The notes under the pieces are model-generated. The model was given only the letters and a program-made list of their open reading frames with translations, had not been told where the DNA came from and did no database searches. A stretch of DNA of 25,327 nucleotides from a virus (Duplodnaviria > Caudoviricetes). How positions within the stretch are numbered: position 1 is the first letter of the stretch; each line of letters begins with the position of its first letter. The DNA lies in the IMG/VR virus record IMGVR_UViG_3300017784_007148, positions 1 through 25,327 of that record. One strand, written 5' to 3'. Of the stretch, positions 1 to 7,792 are shown in pieces. Position numbers and translations under genes: made by a program.

Positions 1-121
1 TATTACCTATTCCAACTCTGTTATTAACAGAATCAAAAAACAACAAGCCACTATCAAAGTTGACGTTAGCTGTACCGCTAATAGCGTCGCCAAGACTACC
101 TATATCTCTACTTGCAGGCAT
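1..121 (-). CDS. 5' part of a tail-fibre-like gene running off the left edge; N-terminus paralogous to 211..2355
   Basis: Manual translation from ATG at 119-121: MPASRDIGSLGDAISGTANVNFDSGLLFFDSVNNRVGIGN, open to the edge. Matches TANVNFDSDGLFVDSVNNRVGIG of 211..2355. AAGGTG RBS-like sequence upstream. Confidence 0.85.
   Translation of the reverse strand, partial: MPASRDIGSLGDAISGTANVNFDSGLLFFDSVNNRVGIGN
9..70. repeat. 62-bp direct repeat, copy 1 (copy 2 at 2231..2292)
   Basis: 57/62 identical by manual alignment; encodes ANVNFDS..LF.DSVNNRVGI in both fibre genes. Confidence 0.9.
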
Positions 122-138
122 TCGTCACCTTTTTCTTT

Positions 139-146
139 TATTTATT
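139..146 (-). promoter_or_regulatory. Putative T4-type late promoter (AATAAATA)
   Basis: Minus strand AATAAATA-aaagaaaaaggtgacga-ATG; resembles the gp55-dependent TATAAATA consensus and is intergenic. Confidence 0.65.
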
Positions 147-158
147 ATGGTTAGCCTA

Positions 159-200
159 TTAGGAAGCTGTTAAAAATATTATGGTGAATTCGAGTTTCAT
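159..200 (-). pseudogene. 13-aa mini-ORF MKLEFTIIFLTAS, possibly a truncated gene remnant
   Basis: The TAA of 211..2355 is followed by GAGGGAAACA-ATG AAA CTC GAA TTC ACC ATA ATA TTT TTA ACA GCT TCC TAA; good RBS spacing. Confidence 0.4.
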
Positions 201-210
201 TGTTTCCCTC

Positions 211-2355
211 TTAACAAGCCATTAGAACACACGGCACACAATAAGAACCATCAGGATATGTGCAAGTGACATGGCTAGATGTGACCTTGGCAACCGTCTT
301 GGATCGGCGAATGTCATCGTCTTGCGGTTTGGCTGTGCCATTACCAGCAGACATCAACAGGTCGCCCCTTTGCACTACAACGCCTTGAGCAATGCGGATA
401 ATCATGTCGCCCGTCATTGCGATGTTCATGTCGTAGGAGTTTGCCACGTCGTCGTTGTCCCAATTTACGAACACGCCCGCGACGTTGGGATCAGCCTCAA
501 CATCAGAAACCTTCATTTTGTTGAGTTGTTCATTCGGTAGCGGGTTGCCTTCAGCGTCAAGCCATTCACACATTTCATCAAGGTTTGAAAGCACCGTACC
601 CTTCAGCAAAACAGGATCACGCGCTCCATTCAGAAGCTGCGACCACCGGGCAAGATGCCCACCGTTGAAAGAAACGGTTGTACCGGAAACAGAAATGGAC
701 CCCTCACCTGTCCCACTTTCATGAAAACTGACAAGCGATCCGTCGCTATTTCGGCCAACATACATGGGTATATTGTCGGAGCGACTGATAAACAAAGAAG
801 TGCCATCAGCAGCTTTCTCAATGCCAAACCCGGTACTTGTATTTCCCACACCCAAAATGGCAGATATTGCCCCCACCATGAAGCTGCCGCCGCTGTCGAT
901 GCGCGCGCGTTCGGTGTTGTTGGTTGAAAATGCCTGATACCCAGCGTCGCGCACATTGATGACATAACCGCCGCCGCTATCCAGACCAGTGTAAACGCCA
1001 GTAGTGTTTACTGACGAACCAAAATAACTCAAACTAGCAAAGTTGCTACCACGAACGCCAATGGCACTATGGACAGATAATTTTTCTGACGGCGAACTCG
1101 TCCCAATCCCCACGTTGCCAGCGGCTTCAATACGCATACGTTCGGTGCTGTTGGTCGTAAACAACATCGGCGTATTTGATTCATTATGCAAATAATACGC
1201 ACTTACATTAGTGCCAATAAACCATGATGACCCGGCAGTTGCTGTATTTCTAATCTGAGAATCTGTCCCCCCAGCAACATGAAGTTTTGAACTAGGCGAA
1301 CTCGTCCCAATCCCCACGTTGCCATTTCCAGAAATTCGCATACGTTCTGCTCTACTAATTGAATTAGTAGAAGTAGTCATAATCTGCAGGTAAGTTGGCT
1401 GACTTGTAGCGTTTGCAGCGCCCTCTGACATCAAATTAATAGCTATAGTATTGTTAAACGTGTTACCATCGCTAGTTGAAGCGCCGATTACATAACCTAA
1501 CCTGGTATCAGTGGTAACAGCTAGAGGTGAAGCTTTTGTTCCCAGGGATTTTTTCATGATTAACCCCGGATCTGCACCATACCCTATAGCACCATAAACT
1601 GGTGAATAAGTACTATTTGAAGCGGTGAGGTAGATAGTAGGGTTAGTCGATTTATCCGAGACGGTGATTGGATTTTCTGGAGCTGAGTTACCAACACCCA
1701 CGTTGCCATTGGATACAAAGTAAGCTGCTGTGCCAACTGTGAACGTGTTGGTAGAAGATGTTAGGTTTGCAGAAGTTAGAGCGCCCCCAATAATAACATT
1801 ACCTGAAACGTTAGCAGTACCTGTTACTTGTAATTTAGCATCTGGAGCTGTATTAGCAATCCCCACGTTGCCAGACGTATCCAGGCGCATCCGCTCGGAT
1901 CCACCTGTGTAAAACGCCATGGGGTAGTATGTGCCAGTTCCAGTTATTCCAGAAGTTAAACGCACATCTGACGTATCTGAACCAGCTCTAAGTTGTGCAA
2001 AAGATGCGTTGCCTGGGTCTGGCCCTCCAAAAGCATTAAAGGCACTGCTGAATCCCGTTGCATTTGGGATGGTGCCAACTGAGGTACCGCTGCCTGCGGT
2101 TGTTGTTTGGAAGAAGACGCGATTACTTTGTGTAGCGTTACTAAAGTCACCCGTAATGCGCTGCGCCGTGCTGCTAAAGGCAAGATTACCAGAGGCAATA
2201 TCTAGTTTAGCGGTTGGCGAACTCGTGCCAATTCCAACTCTGTTATTAACAGAATCAACAAACAACCCATCACTATCAAAGTTGACGTTAGCGGTAGCAG
2301 TAGTACCTAGTGTATCTGCTAAATTTCCAAGACTTCTTGCTACTGTACCGCTCAT
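211..2355 (-). CDS. Modular tail fibre / receptor-binding protein with repeated (ERMRI)xxxGNVGIG knots and a C-terminal putative intramolecular chaperone domain
   Basis: 714 aa; five [N/R]VG[I/V] motifs, several preceded by ERMR; C-terminal acidic, Cys-containing domain (GTVLSNLDEMCEW...GDLLMSAGNG...VPCVLMAC) of a type I recognise from fibre ends of aquatic phages. Confidence 0.8.
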   Translation of the reverse strand: MSGTVARSLGNLADTLGTTATANVNFDSDGLFVDSVNNRVGIGTSSPTAKLDIASGNLAFSSTAQRITGDFSNATQSNRVFFQTTTAGSGTSVGTIPNATGFSSAFNAFGGPDPGNASFAQLRAGSDTSDVRLTSGITGTGTYYPMAFYTGGSERMRLDTSGNVGIANTAPDAKLQVTGTANVSGNVIIGGALTSANLTSSTNTFTVGTAAYFVSNGNVGVGNSAPENPITVSDKSTNPTIYLTASNSTYSPVYGAIGYGADPGLIMKKSLGTKASPLAVTTDTRLGYVIGASTSDGNTFNNTIAINLMSEGAANATSQPTYLQIMTTSTNSISRAERMRISGNGNVGIGTSSPSSKLHVAGGTDSQIRNTATAGSSWFIGTNVSAYYLHNESNTPMLFTTNSTERMRIEAAGNVGIGTSSPSEKLSVHSAIGVRGSNFASLSYFGSSVNTTGVYTGLDSGGGYVINVRDAGYQAFSTNNTERARIDSGGSFMVGAISAILGVGNTSTGFGIEKAADGTSLFISRSDNIPMYVGRNSDGSLVSFHESGTGEGSISVSGTTVSFNGGHLARWSQLLNGARDPVLLKGTVLSNLDEMCEWLDAEGNPLPNEQLNKMKVSDVEADPNVAGVFVNWDNDDVANSYDMNIAMTGDMIIRIAQGVVVQRGDLLMSAGNGTAKPQDDDIRRSKTVAKVTSSHVTCTYPDGSYCVPCVLMAC
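1091..1120. repeat. Perfect 30-bp direct repeat, copy 1
   Basis: ggcgaactcgtcccaatccccacgttgcca, identical to 1295..1324; encodes GNVGIGTSSP. Confidence 0.95.
1295..1324. repeat. Perfect 30-bp direct repeat, copy 2
   Basis: Identical to 1091..1120; partial copies at 1697..1708, 1857..1873 and 2216..2232. Confidence 0.95.
2231..2292. repeat. 62-bp direct repeat, copy 2
   Basis: 57/62 identical to 9..70. Confidence 0.9.
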
Positions 2356-2376
2356 CTCTCATATGCCTTTTTATTG

Positions 2377-2384
2377 TATTTATT
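2377..2384 (-). promoter_or_regulatory. Putative T4-type late promoter (AATAAATA) overlapping the upstream stop codon
   Basis: AATAAATA-caataaaaaggcatatgagag-ATG upstream of 211..2355. Confidence 0.6.
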
Positions 2385-4338
2385 CATACATAATGTTAAC
2401 AGAGCCAGCATCGAACGCATCGGTACCATTGACTGTTGTTAGGCGGAGGCGGTCGAGAACACCGGCAAGAGCTGGAGAAGAACCACCAAAGTAGTTGATA
2501 TTATTGGCTGTGTTTGCCGCAAGTGTACCTGATGCAACCCAAGTATTACCTGTTATATTAGTAATAGTACAAGCCCCTGCGTAAATTGCAGCTGAGTTTT
2601 TTACACCAGTCAGAATAAGACCTATTGTTGAAATAGCCGGTGAAATAGCAGCAGGAGCAGTCTGAACACCTTGTGAGTTATAACCAGTTGTGGTTATTGA
2701 ACCAGATCCCAACTGCACCAAGATGTTACTAGAACCGTTTGTACTAACACCGCTGAGCATTACCGTTACACGTCGAGCCCAAGATGGAATACTCGTAAAG
2801 TCTATAGATGTACCGTTAGCTGTTTGAGCCGTATCCAGCACCAATGGTCTAATAGTACCTGTACCATCTGTAACAGTACCGCTAGTTGTTACATTACCAG
2901 TAATATTAGCAGTACCTGTAACAGTCAGATTCGCACTGATATTAAGAGGGCCACTCATTGTATCACCAGACTTACGAACCGAGTCTTGATACGACGTGGC
3001 AGCGAAACCAACAACTTCAATCACATCACTAACAGCAGCACCTACAGCAAGCACGACAGCAGAACCAGACGATACGTTTACGTCATCAACATTGCTGAGC
3101 TTGGAACCATTCTGGTATACATCAATCTGACCAGCTGTATATCCACCGGTGATTGTGAATGATGTTTGATTAGCAGTGGCTGTGAAGCTCTGTCTTACTG
3201 GAGTTGTTACTCCCCCACCTGCAGCGAAGTAGTTAATACCAACAACATCAATTGTAGCACCAAGTGCAGCATTGGATGTTAGAGTAATTGTAGAACCAGA
3301 AGATGTATTTACATCAGTACCATTGACTAGCTTGGAGCCGTTGTAGTAAGCATCCAGTTGACCTGTAATGTAACCACCGGTTACTGTGAAATTATTATTG
3401 ACTGTAGAGTTGGCTATAAATGTCTGGCGAACAGCAGTGGATGTCTGCGCAGATACAAGAGGAGTTGTATAACCCTTTACCTCAACCAGTGAGCCATTTG
3501 GTACCGGTATCGTTAAGTCAACTGTTGATCCAGTTGATAGATTGACGTCAACACCATTGACCATCTTGATGCCGTCAATAAACACATCAGCAAGACCAGG
3601 AACGTATCCTCCTGTTACAGTGAACGATGACTGGTTAGATGTAGCTGTAAACTGCTGATACAGAACCTGAGCTGTATTTGAGATAATAAACGATGGACCA
3701 ATACCAACTACTTCAATTAGTGCATTGTTAACAGCACCGGTCGCCAGGACTACTGTTGTACCGTCAGATACGTTAATTTCAGAACCATTACGAAGTTTTA
3801 CTCCATTATAATAAACATCAACTTGTCCTGCAACATAACCACCTGTTACGGTGAACGTTGTTTGGTTGTTGGATGCTGTGAACTGCTCTCTTACCGAAGA
3901 ATAAGCAGCCATTAATGAAGTCCAGGTAGTATTAGCCACAGCTTCAATGGTACGAGTATTGGAGTTGTAGCGAATCATACCATTGGCAGTAGCTGGTCTT
4001 TGTGCTGTTGTACCACCTGGTAGTAGAACAGCATCGGTACCTGTAATGTGTAACTTTACAGTCGGCGCTGTGTTACCAATACCAACATTACCATTAGCAA
4101 CAAAATGTGAATTACCAATAGCGACAACTGTTGTATTGACTACGAAAAATCGCGAAGTTGAATTACCAACAGAAATACTTGTCAGGTTTCCGCCAATTTC
4201 AAAAATGGAAGTAGCATTAGCCGAGAACAGAATGCCATCGGTTGTGTTGATAGCAAGCTCTCCTGAAGACACTGTAAGTGTCGTCGGGCGAGTACCACTT
4301 ACTGCATTTCTTCTTAGTTGGAAAACCGTGTTAGCCAT
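2380..4338 (-). CDS. Tail fibre/adhesin: Mtd-N/hyaluronidase-N-like N-terminus, four ~75-aa beta repeats and a C-terminal globular tip
   Basis: 652 aa; N-terminal FQLRR...GELAINTTDGILF; GNVGIG knot; G.IRYNS motif; four repeats (R/Q)QxFxA..FT(V/I)TGGY..G..D.Y.NG.KL; C-terminal SIDFTSIPSW...FDAGSVNIMYE. Confidence 0.8.
   Translation of the reverse strand: MANTVFQLRRNAVSGTRPTTLTVSSGELAINTTDGILFSANATSIFEIGGNLTSISVGNSTSRFFVVNTTVVAIGNSHFVANGNVGIGNTAPTVKLHITGTDAVLLPGGTTAQRPATANGMIRYNSNTRTIEAVANTTWTSLMAAYSSVREQFTASNNQTTFTVTGGYVAGQVDVYYNGVKLRNGSEINVSDGTTVVLATGAVNNALIEVVGIGPSFIISNTAQVLYQQFTATSNQSSFTVTGGYVPGLADVFIDGIKMVNGVDVNLSTGSTVDLTIPVPNGSLVEVKGYTTPLVSAQTSTAVRQTFIANSTVNNNFTVTGGYITGQLDAYYNGSKLVNGTDVNTSSGSTITLTSNAALGATIDVVGINYFAAGGGVTTPVRQSFTATANQTSFTITGGYTAGQIDVYQNGSKLSNVDDVNVSSGSAVVLAVGAAVSDVIEVVGFAATSYQDSVRKSGDTMSGPLNISANLTVTGTANITGNVTTSGTVTDGTGTIRPLVLDTAQTANGTSIDFTSIPSWARRVTVMLSGVSTNGSSNILVQLGSGSITTTGYNSQGVQTAPAAISPAISTIGLILTGVKNSAAIYAGACTITNITGNTWVASGTLAANTANNINYFGGSSPALAGVLDRLRLTTVNGTDAFDAGSVNIMYE
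3000..3894 (-). repeat. Four tandem ~75-80-aa protein repeats within 2380..4338
   Basis: VREQFTASNNQTTFTVTGGY / LYQQFTATSNQSSFTVTGGY / VRQTFIANSTVNNNFTVTGGY / VRQSFTATANQTSFTITGGY; boundaries approximate. Confidence 0.85.
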
Positions 4339-4805
4339 TAGCTCCAGTCATCTTTCTTTGGTGTATTCTTATTTACAGTTTTTTTGTCAGACTGCTGTAG
4401 CTTTTCATATTCGCTTTTCAACTGCTCATACTCCAGAAGTAACTTTTGATAACCATCATTGACAAGATTATAGTTTTTCAAATGTTCTTCGTAGTTTTCT
4501 TCAATCTTGTCGCACTTTTCTTTTAAATCACTAAGCGACAAAATCTCATCTCTGTATCTAGCATGCTCTTCGCGGAACGTATCACGCTGAATAGTTGTTG
4601 CCTCAAGACCAGCAAGAAGCTGAGTTATTTGAGAATTCTGATCCTCTAAGTTTCCTCTTAGTCCAGAAATCTCAAAATCTTTAACAGCTACTGCTTCTTT
4701 CAGGATTGAGATTTTGGACTCAGCTTCTAAACATCTTCTTACGACATCAATCAGAAATGTTTCTTGACATTTTAAGTAAGAAATTTGATAATTATCATCA
4801 GACAT
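4338..4805 (-). CDS. Acidic coiled-coil protein, possibly a fibre assembly chaperone
   Basis: 155 aa, E/K/L-rich heptads; GGAGG RBS; TAATG overlap with the downstream fibre gene. Function inferred from position only. Confidence 0.7.
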   Translation of the reverse strand: MSDDNYQISYLKCQETFLIDVVRRCLEAESKISILKEAVAVKDFEISGLRGNLEDQNSQITQLLAGLEATTIQRDTFREEHARYRDEILSLSDLKEKCDKIEENYEEHLKNYNLVNDGYQKLLLEYEQLKSEYEKLQQSDKKTVNKNTPKKDDWS

Positions 4806-4822
4806 AACGAAATCCTCCAGAT

Positions 4823-7792
4823 TTAGAAGGAACCTCCATCAAGAGATCCATATACTATAGTTGTACCGTTTGATTGTAGAACTTGACCATCAGTACCAAC
4901 GGTCATTTTTCTGAAGCTAGTCGTACCGTTTGCAACGAGCAAGTCCCCTACCGCATAGCTAGTAGTACCAGTGCCACCAACATTAGCAGCCAGAGTACCA
5001 GTAGATATGTTGGTTGCATTAGTGTAATACGAAGCTAACTGACCATTCAAATATGTGGTATTGTTTGCCGCGCCGCTATAGCTGGTTGAGTTGATAGTGA
5101 CACCAGAAAGTGAGATCTGACCAGCTGTAATGTTTGTGTTTACAGTAGAGTTACCAACGAATTGAGATGTTGTGTTGATGTAAACGTTCGCACCAGAGTA
5201 TACAGTCGTGAAGTTAGTATTGGTACCAGTGAAGTTGATATTACCAGCAACAGTGTAATTACCAGAAGTGTTTACAACAGCTGCACTTAGACGAGCATCT
5301 GGTAACGTGCCAGATGATAGGTTCGTAGCGTTGGTGTAAATCGCCTGCCCATCAACAAAGAAACCAGTTGTATTGGAAACAACGTTGGAGGTTGTATTAC
5401 CTATGGCTAGTGACGAACCATTTAGAGTGGCGGTATTACCAGCATTGATAGTGATAGAGGAGTTTGAAGTTGCAACGTTGACTGTAGAGTTGCCAACAAC
5501 CAGATTAGCATGGTACGTATGTGCACCGGTGATGGTGAATGCGGCAGAAGTATTAACCACATTAGCGCCAAGCTGCGCCATCGGTAGAGTACCGGTCGTG
5601 ATGTTTGTGGCGTTAGTATAAAATGCTGCTGTTTGACCATTTAGGTTATTGGCGTTGTTTGCAGTTCCCTGGTAGATTGTAGAGTTAACTGTTACTCCAG
5701 AGATAGAGATTTGACCAGCAGAAACAACAGCATTTATGGTTGCGTTACCGACAAACAAAGAGTTGCTTGTTAGATTGACATTGGCACCAACGTTAACGTT
5801 GGCGAAATTAACATTCGCCGCAGTAAAGTTAATGTTACCACCAACGGTAAAGTTAGCAGATGTGTTAACGTAAACAGAAGCAGCTGCACCAGCCAGGTTG
5901 TTAGCGTTGTTTGCTGTTCCTGAATAGTTCGTAGCATTGATTGTAGCGCCAGATAGCGAGACCTGACCAGCTGTGATCTCTGTATAAATGGTAGCGTTAC
6001 CGACATCAACCATAGTAGTGTTGATAGTAACATTAGCACCAACAAAGAAACCAGAATTGAAGTAGTTGTTTGTGCCTTGTAGCACAACGTTACCACCAAG
6101 AGTAAAGTTACCAGATGTATTAACAACAGCGCTGCTTAGTCTTGCATCAGGTAGAGTACCAGTTGTAATGTTGGTAGCATTTGTATAGTAAGAAGGCAGC
6201 TGCCCGCCTAGATTGTTTGCGTTATTTGCAGTGCCAGAGAAGTTAGTTGTATTGACAGTTCCGTAAGTTGTTGTATTGCCAATGTAAATAATATTGGCTT
6301 GGAACCCAGCGATATTGAATGAATTGTTTGTCTGGTCAATAAAGACACTGGTATCAGGCTCAGGCAAATAACCATCAAACACTTTCCAAACACCACTGAC
6401 GTGATCTCTGAAGAAACCAGTATGTTGGTAGGTGCCGTCATTGTATCCAGCAGCGAAACCAATATCAGGATTAGATTCAGACTGACCTCTAGCAGTACCA
6501 CCAGAAACATAAACATCGATGTTGGTATTAGAAACTCTGAAGATAGTTGAGTTTGCGAATGTGATATTGTTATAAGTGCCATTGTAAGAATTAGGGTTTA
6601 CATTAGCTACAATGGCATCAAAACCAGCTTGGTAATTGTTGTTTGCCGTGAAGGTAACAACAGAACCATTTCCACTTACATTAGTGATAGTAGCCAAAAT
6701 ACCCTGGTTCAAGAACAACATGTTATCGGTGAAAGCTACTGTATTACCGCTAACAACGTTATAGGAACCACTTACCGACAAGTTACCAGTAACCGTTAAC
6801 GAACCACCAATGCTTGTGTTACCAAGAGTTGACAGCGTTCCAGTGTTTACAGCAGTTGAGTTGATTGTAGTGAAAACGCTAGTGTTACCGACAGTGATCT
6901 GGGTTGTATTGGCAATAACATTTGCGCCAACATTTACTGCAGTAGTAACGTTTACGTTCGTGAACTGATTGTTTGAACCAGTGAAATTGATATTACCAGA
7001 TACAGTGTAGTTACCAGAAGTGTTTACGTAAGCAGAAGCAGCAGCGCCACCTAGATTATTAGCATTGTTTGCAGTTCCGGTGTAGATCGTTGAGTTAATC
7101 GTAGCACCAGAAATAGCAATCTGACCACCAGTCATATTAGTATTGACTGTAGCGTTACCTACAAAATGCGATGTGGTATTGACAGTTGCATTCGCGCCGA
7201 CAGCAATGCTTTGACTGAAGAAATTGTTCGCGCCAGTAAGGTTAAGGTTACCACCGACGGTGAAGTTACCAGAAGTGTTTACATAAACAGATGCCGCTGC
7301 ACCACCGAGGTTGTTAGCGTTGTTAGCTGTGCCAGAATAGTTCGTCGTATTTACAGTACCGGAACCGATACCGACTGTGTTTGTTGTCTTGTCGAAAGTA
7401 AAGCCAGCTGCAGCGTTTAGATTTCCGCTGTCATTAAACTGAATTTGTGTATTAGAACCTGAAACACCAGGAGGCAATGTCTGCCAGAAAAGCGATGATC
7501 CATTTGATGTCAGCAACTGACCATTTGAACCAAAACCACCATTTGCATAGATTTGTGTAGGAACAAGATTGGCAACAATAATTTGGTTAATTGCACTGGT
7601 TGAGTTCGCAACTAAAGCTTGGTTGGCAGTAAGAACACCTGGAGTTCTTTGTCCAGCAATGGCAACAACACTGCCATTAGGGCTACCAAGGAATAATACA
7701 TCACCATTTGATGTATACGCAAGCTCACCATTGGCTAACCCAGTAGGATTCGCATTAGTCGTACTACGTTTAATCTGAATCTGATTAGCCAT
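4823..7792 (-). CDS. Long Asn/Thr-rich repetitive tail fibre with Mtd-N-like N-terminus and C-terminal LDGGSF
   Basis: 989 aa; MANQIQIKRS...LANGELAY; five GTANNANNL repeats plus one degenerate copy; four YTNATN(I/L)xxGTL motifs; GSNTQIQFNDSG motif. Confidence 0.8.
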   Translation of the reverse strand: MANQIQIKRSTTNANPTGLANGELAYTSNGDVLFLGSPNGSVVAIAGQRTPGVLTANQALVANSTSAINQIIVANLVPTQIYANGGFGSNGQLLTSNGSSLFWQTLPPGVSGSNTQIQFNDSGNLNAAAGFTFDKTTNTVGIGSGTVNTTNYSGTANNANNLGGAAASVYVNTSGNFTVGGNLNLTGANNFFSQSIAVGANATVNTTSHFVGNATVNTNMTGGQIAISGATINSTIYTGTANNANNLGGAAASAYVNTSGNYTVSGNINFTGSNNQFTNVNVTTAVNVGANVIANTTQITVGNTSVFTTINSTAVNTGTLSTLGNTSIGGSLTVTGNLSVSGSYNVVSGNTVAFTDNMLFLNQGILATITNVSGNGSVVTFTANNNYQAGFDAIVANVNPNSYNGTYNNITFANSTIFRVSNTNIDVYVSGGTARGQSESNPDIGFAAGYNDGTYQHTGFFRDHVSGVWKVFDGYLPEPDTSVFIDQTNNSFNIAGFQANIIYIGNTTTYGTVNTTNFSGTANNANNLGGQLPSYYTNATNITTGTLPDARLSSAVVNTSGNFTLGGNVVLQGTNNYFNSGFFVGANVTINTTMVDVGNATIYTEITAGQVSLSGATINATNYSGTANNANNLAGAAASVYVNTSANFTVGGNINFTAANVNFANVNVGANVNLTSNSLFVGNATINAVVSAGQISISGVTVNSTIYQGTANNANNLNGQTAAFYTNATNITTGTLPMAQLGANVVNTSAAFTITGAHTYHANLVVGNSTVNVATSNSSITINAGNTATLNGSSLAIGNTTSNVVSNTTGFFVDGQAIYTNATNLSSGTLPDARLSAAVVNTSGNYTVAGNINFTGTNTNFTTVYSGANVYINTTSQFVGNSTVNTNITAGQISLSGVTINSTSYSGAANNTTYLNGQLASYYTNATNISTGTLAANVGGTGTTSYAVGDLLVANGTTSFRKMTVGTDGQVLQSNGTTIVYGSLDGGSF

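Noticed and set aside
122-210. Intrinsic terminator in the largest intergenic gap
   Set aside because: No convincing GC-rich hairpin followed by a U-tract on the minus strand.
1091-1324. 30-bp repeats as a CRISPR array
   Set aside because: Only two full copies, 204 nt apart, in frame within a CDS; no cas genes.
211-2355. Invertible (shufflon/Gin-type) fibre switching
   Set aside because: All repeats found are direct, no inverted cassette was seen on the plus strand, and no recombinase gene is present.
5422-6582. Alternative-frame minus-strand ORFs inside fibre and baseplate genes
   Set aside because: Leu-rich off-frame readings produced by T-ending codons; no slippery site or independent start evident.
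1-7792. Diversity-generating retroelement suggested by Mtd-N-like domains and near-identical repeats
   Set aside because: No reverse transcriptase in the window; the repeats lie at N-termini or internal joints and their mismatches are not adenine-specific.
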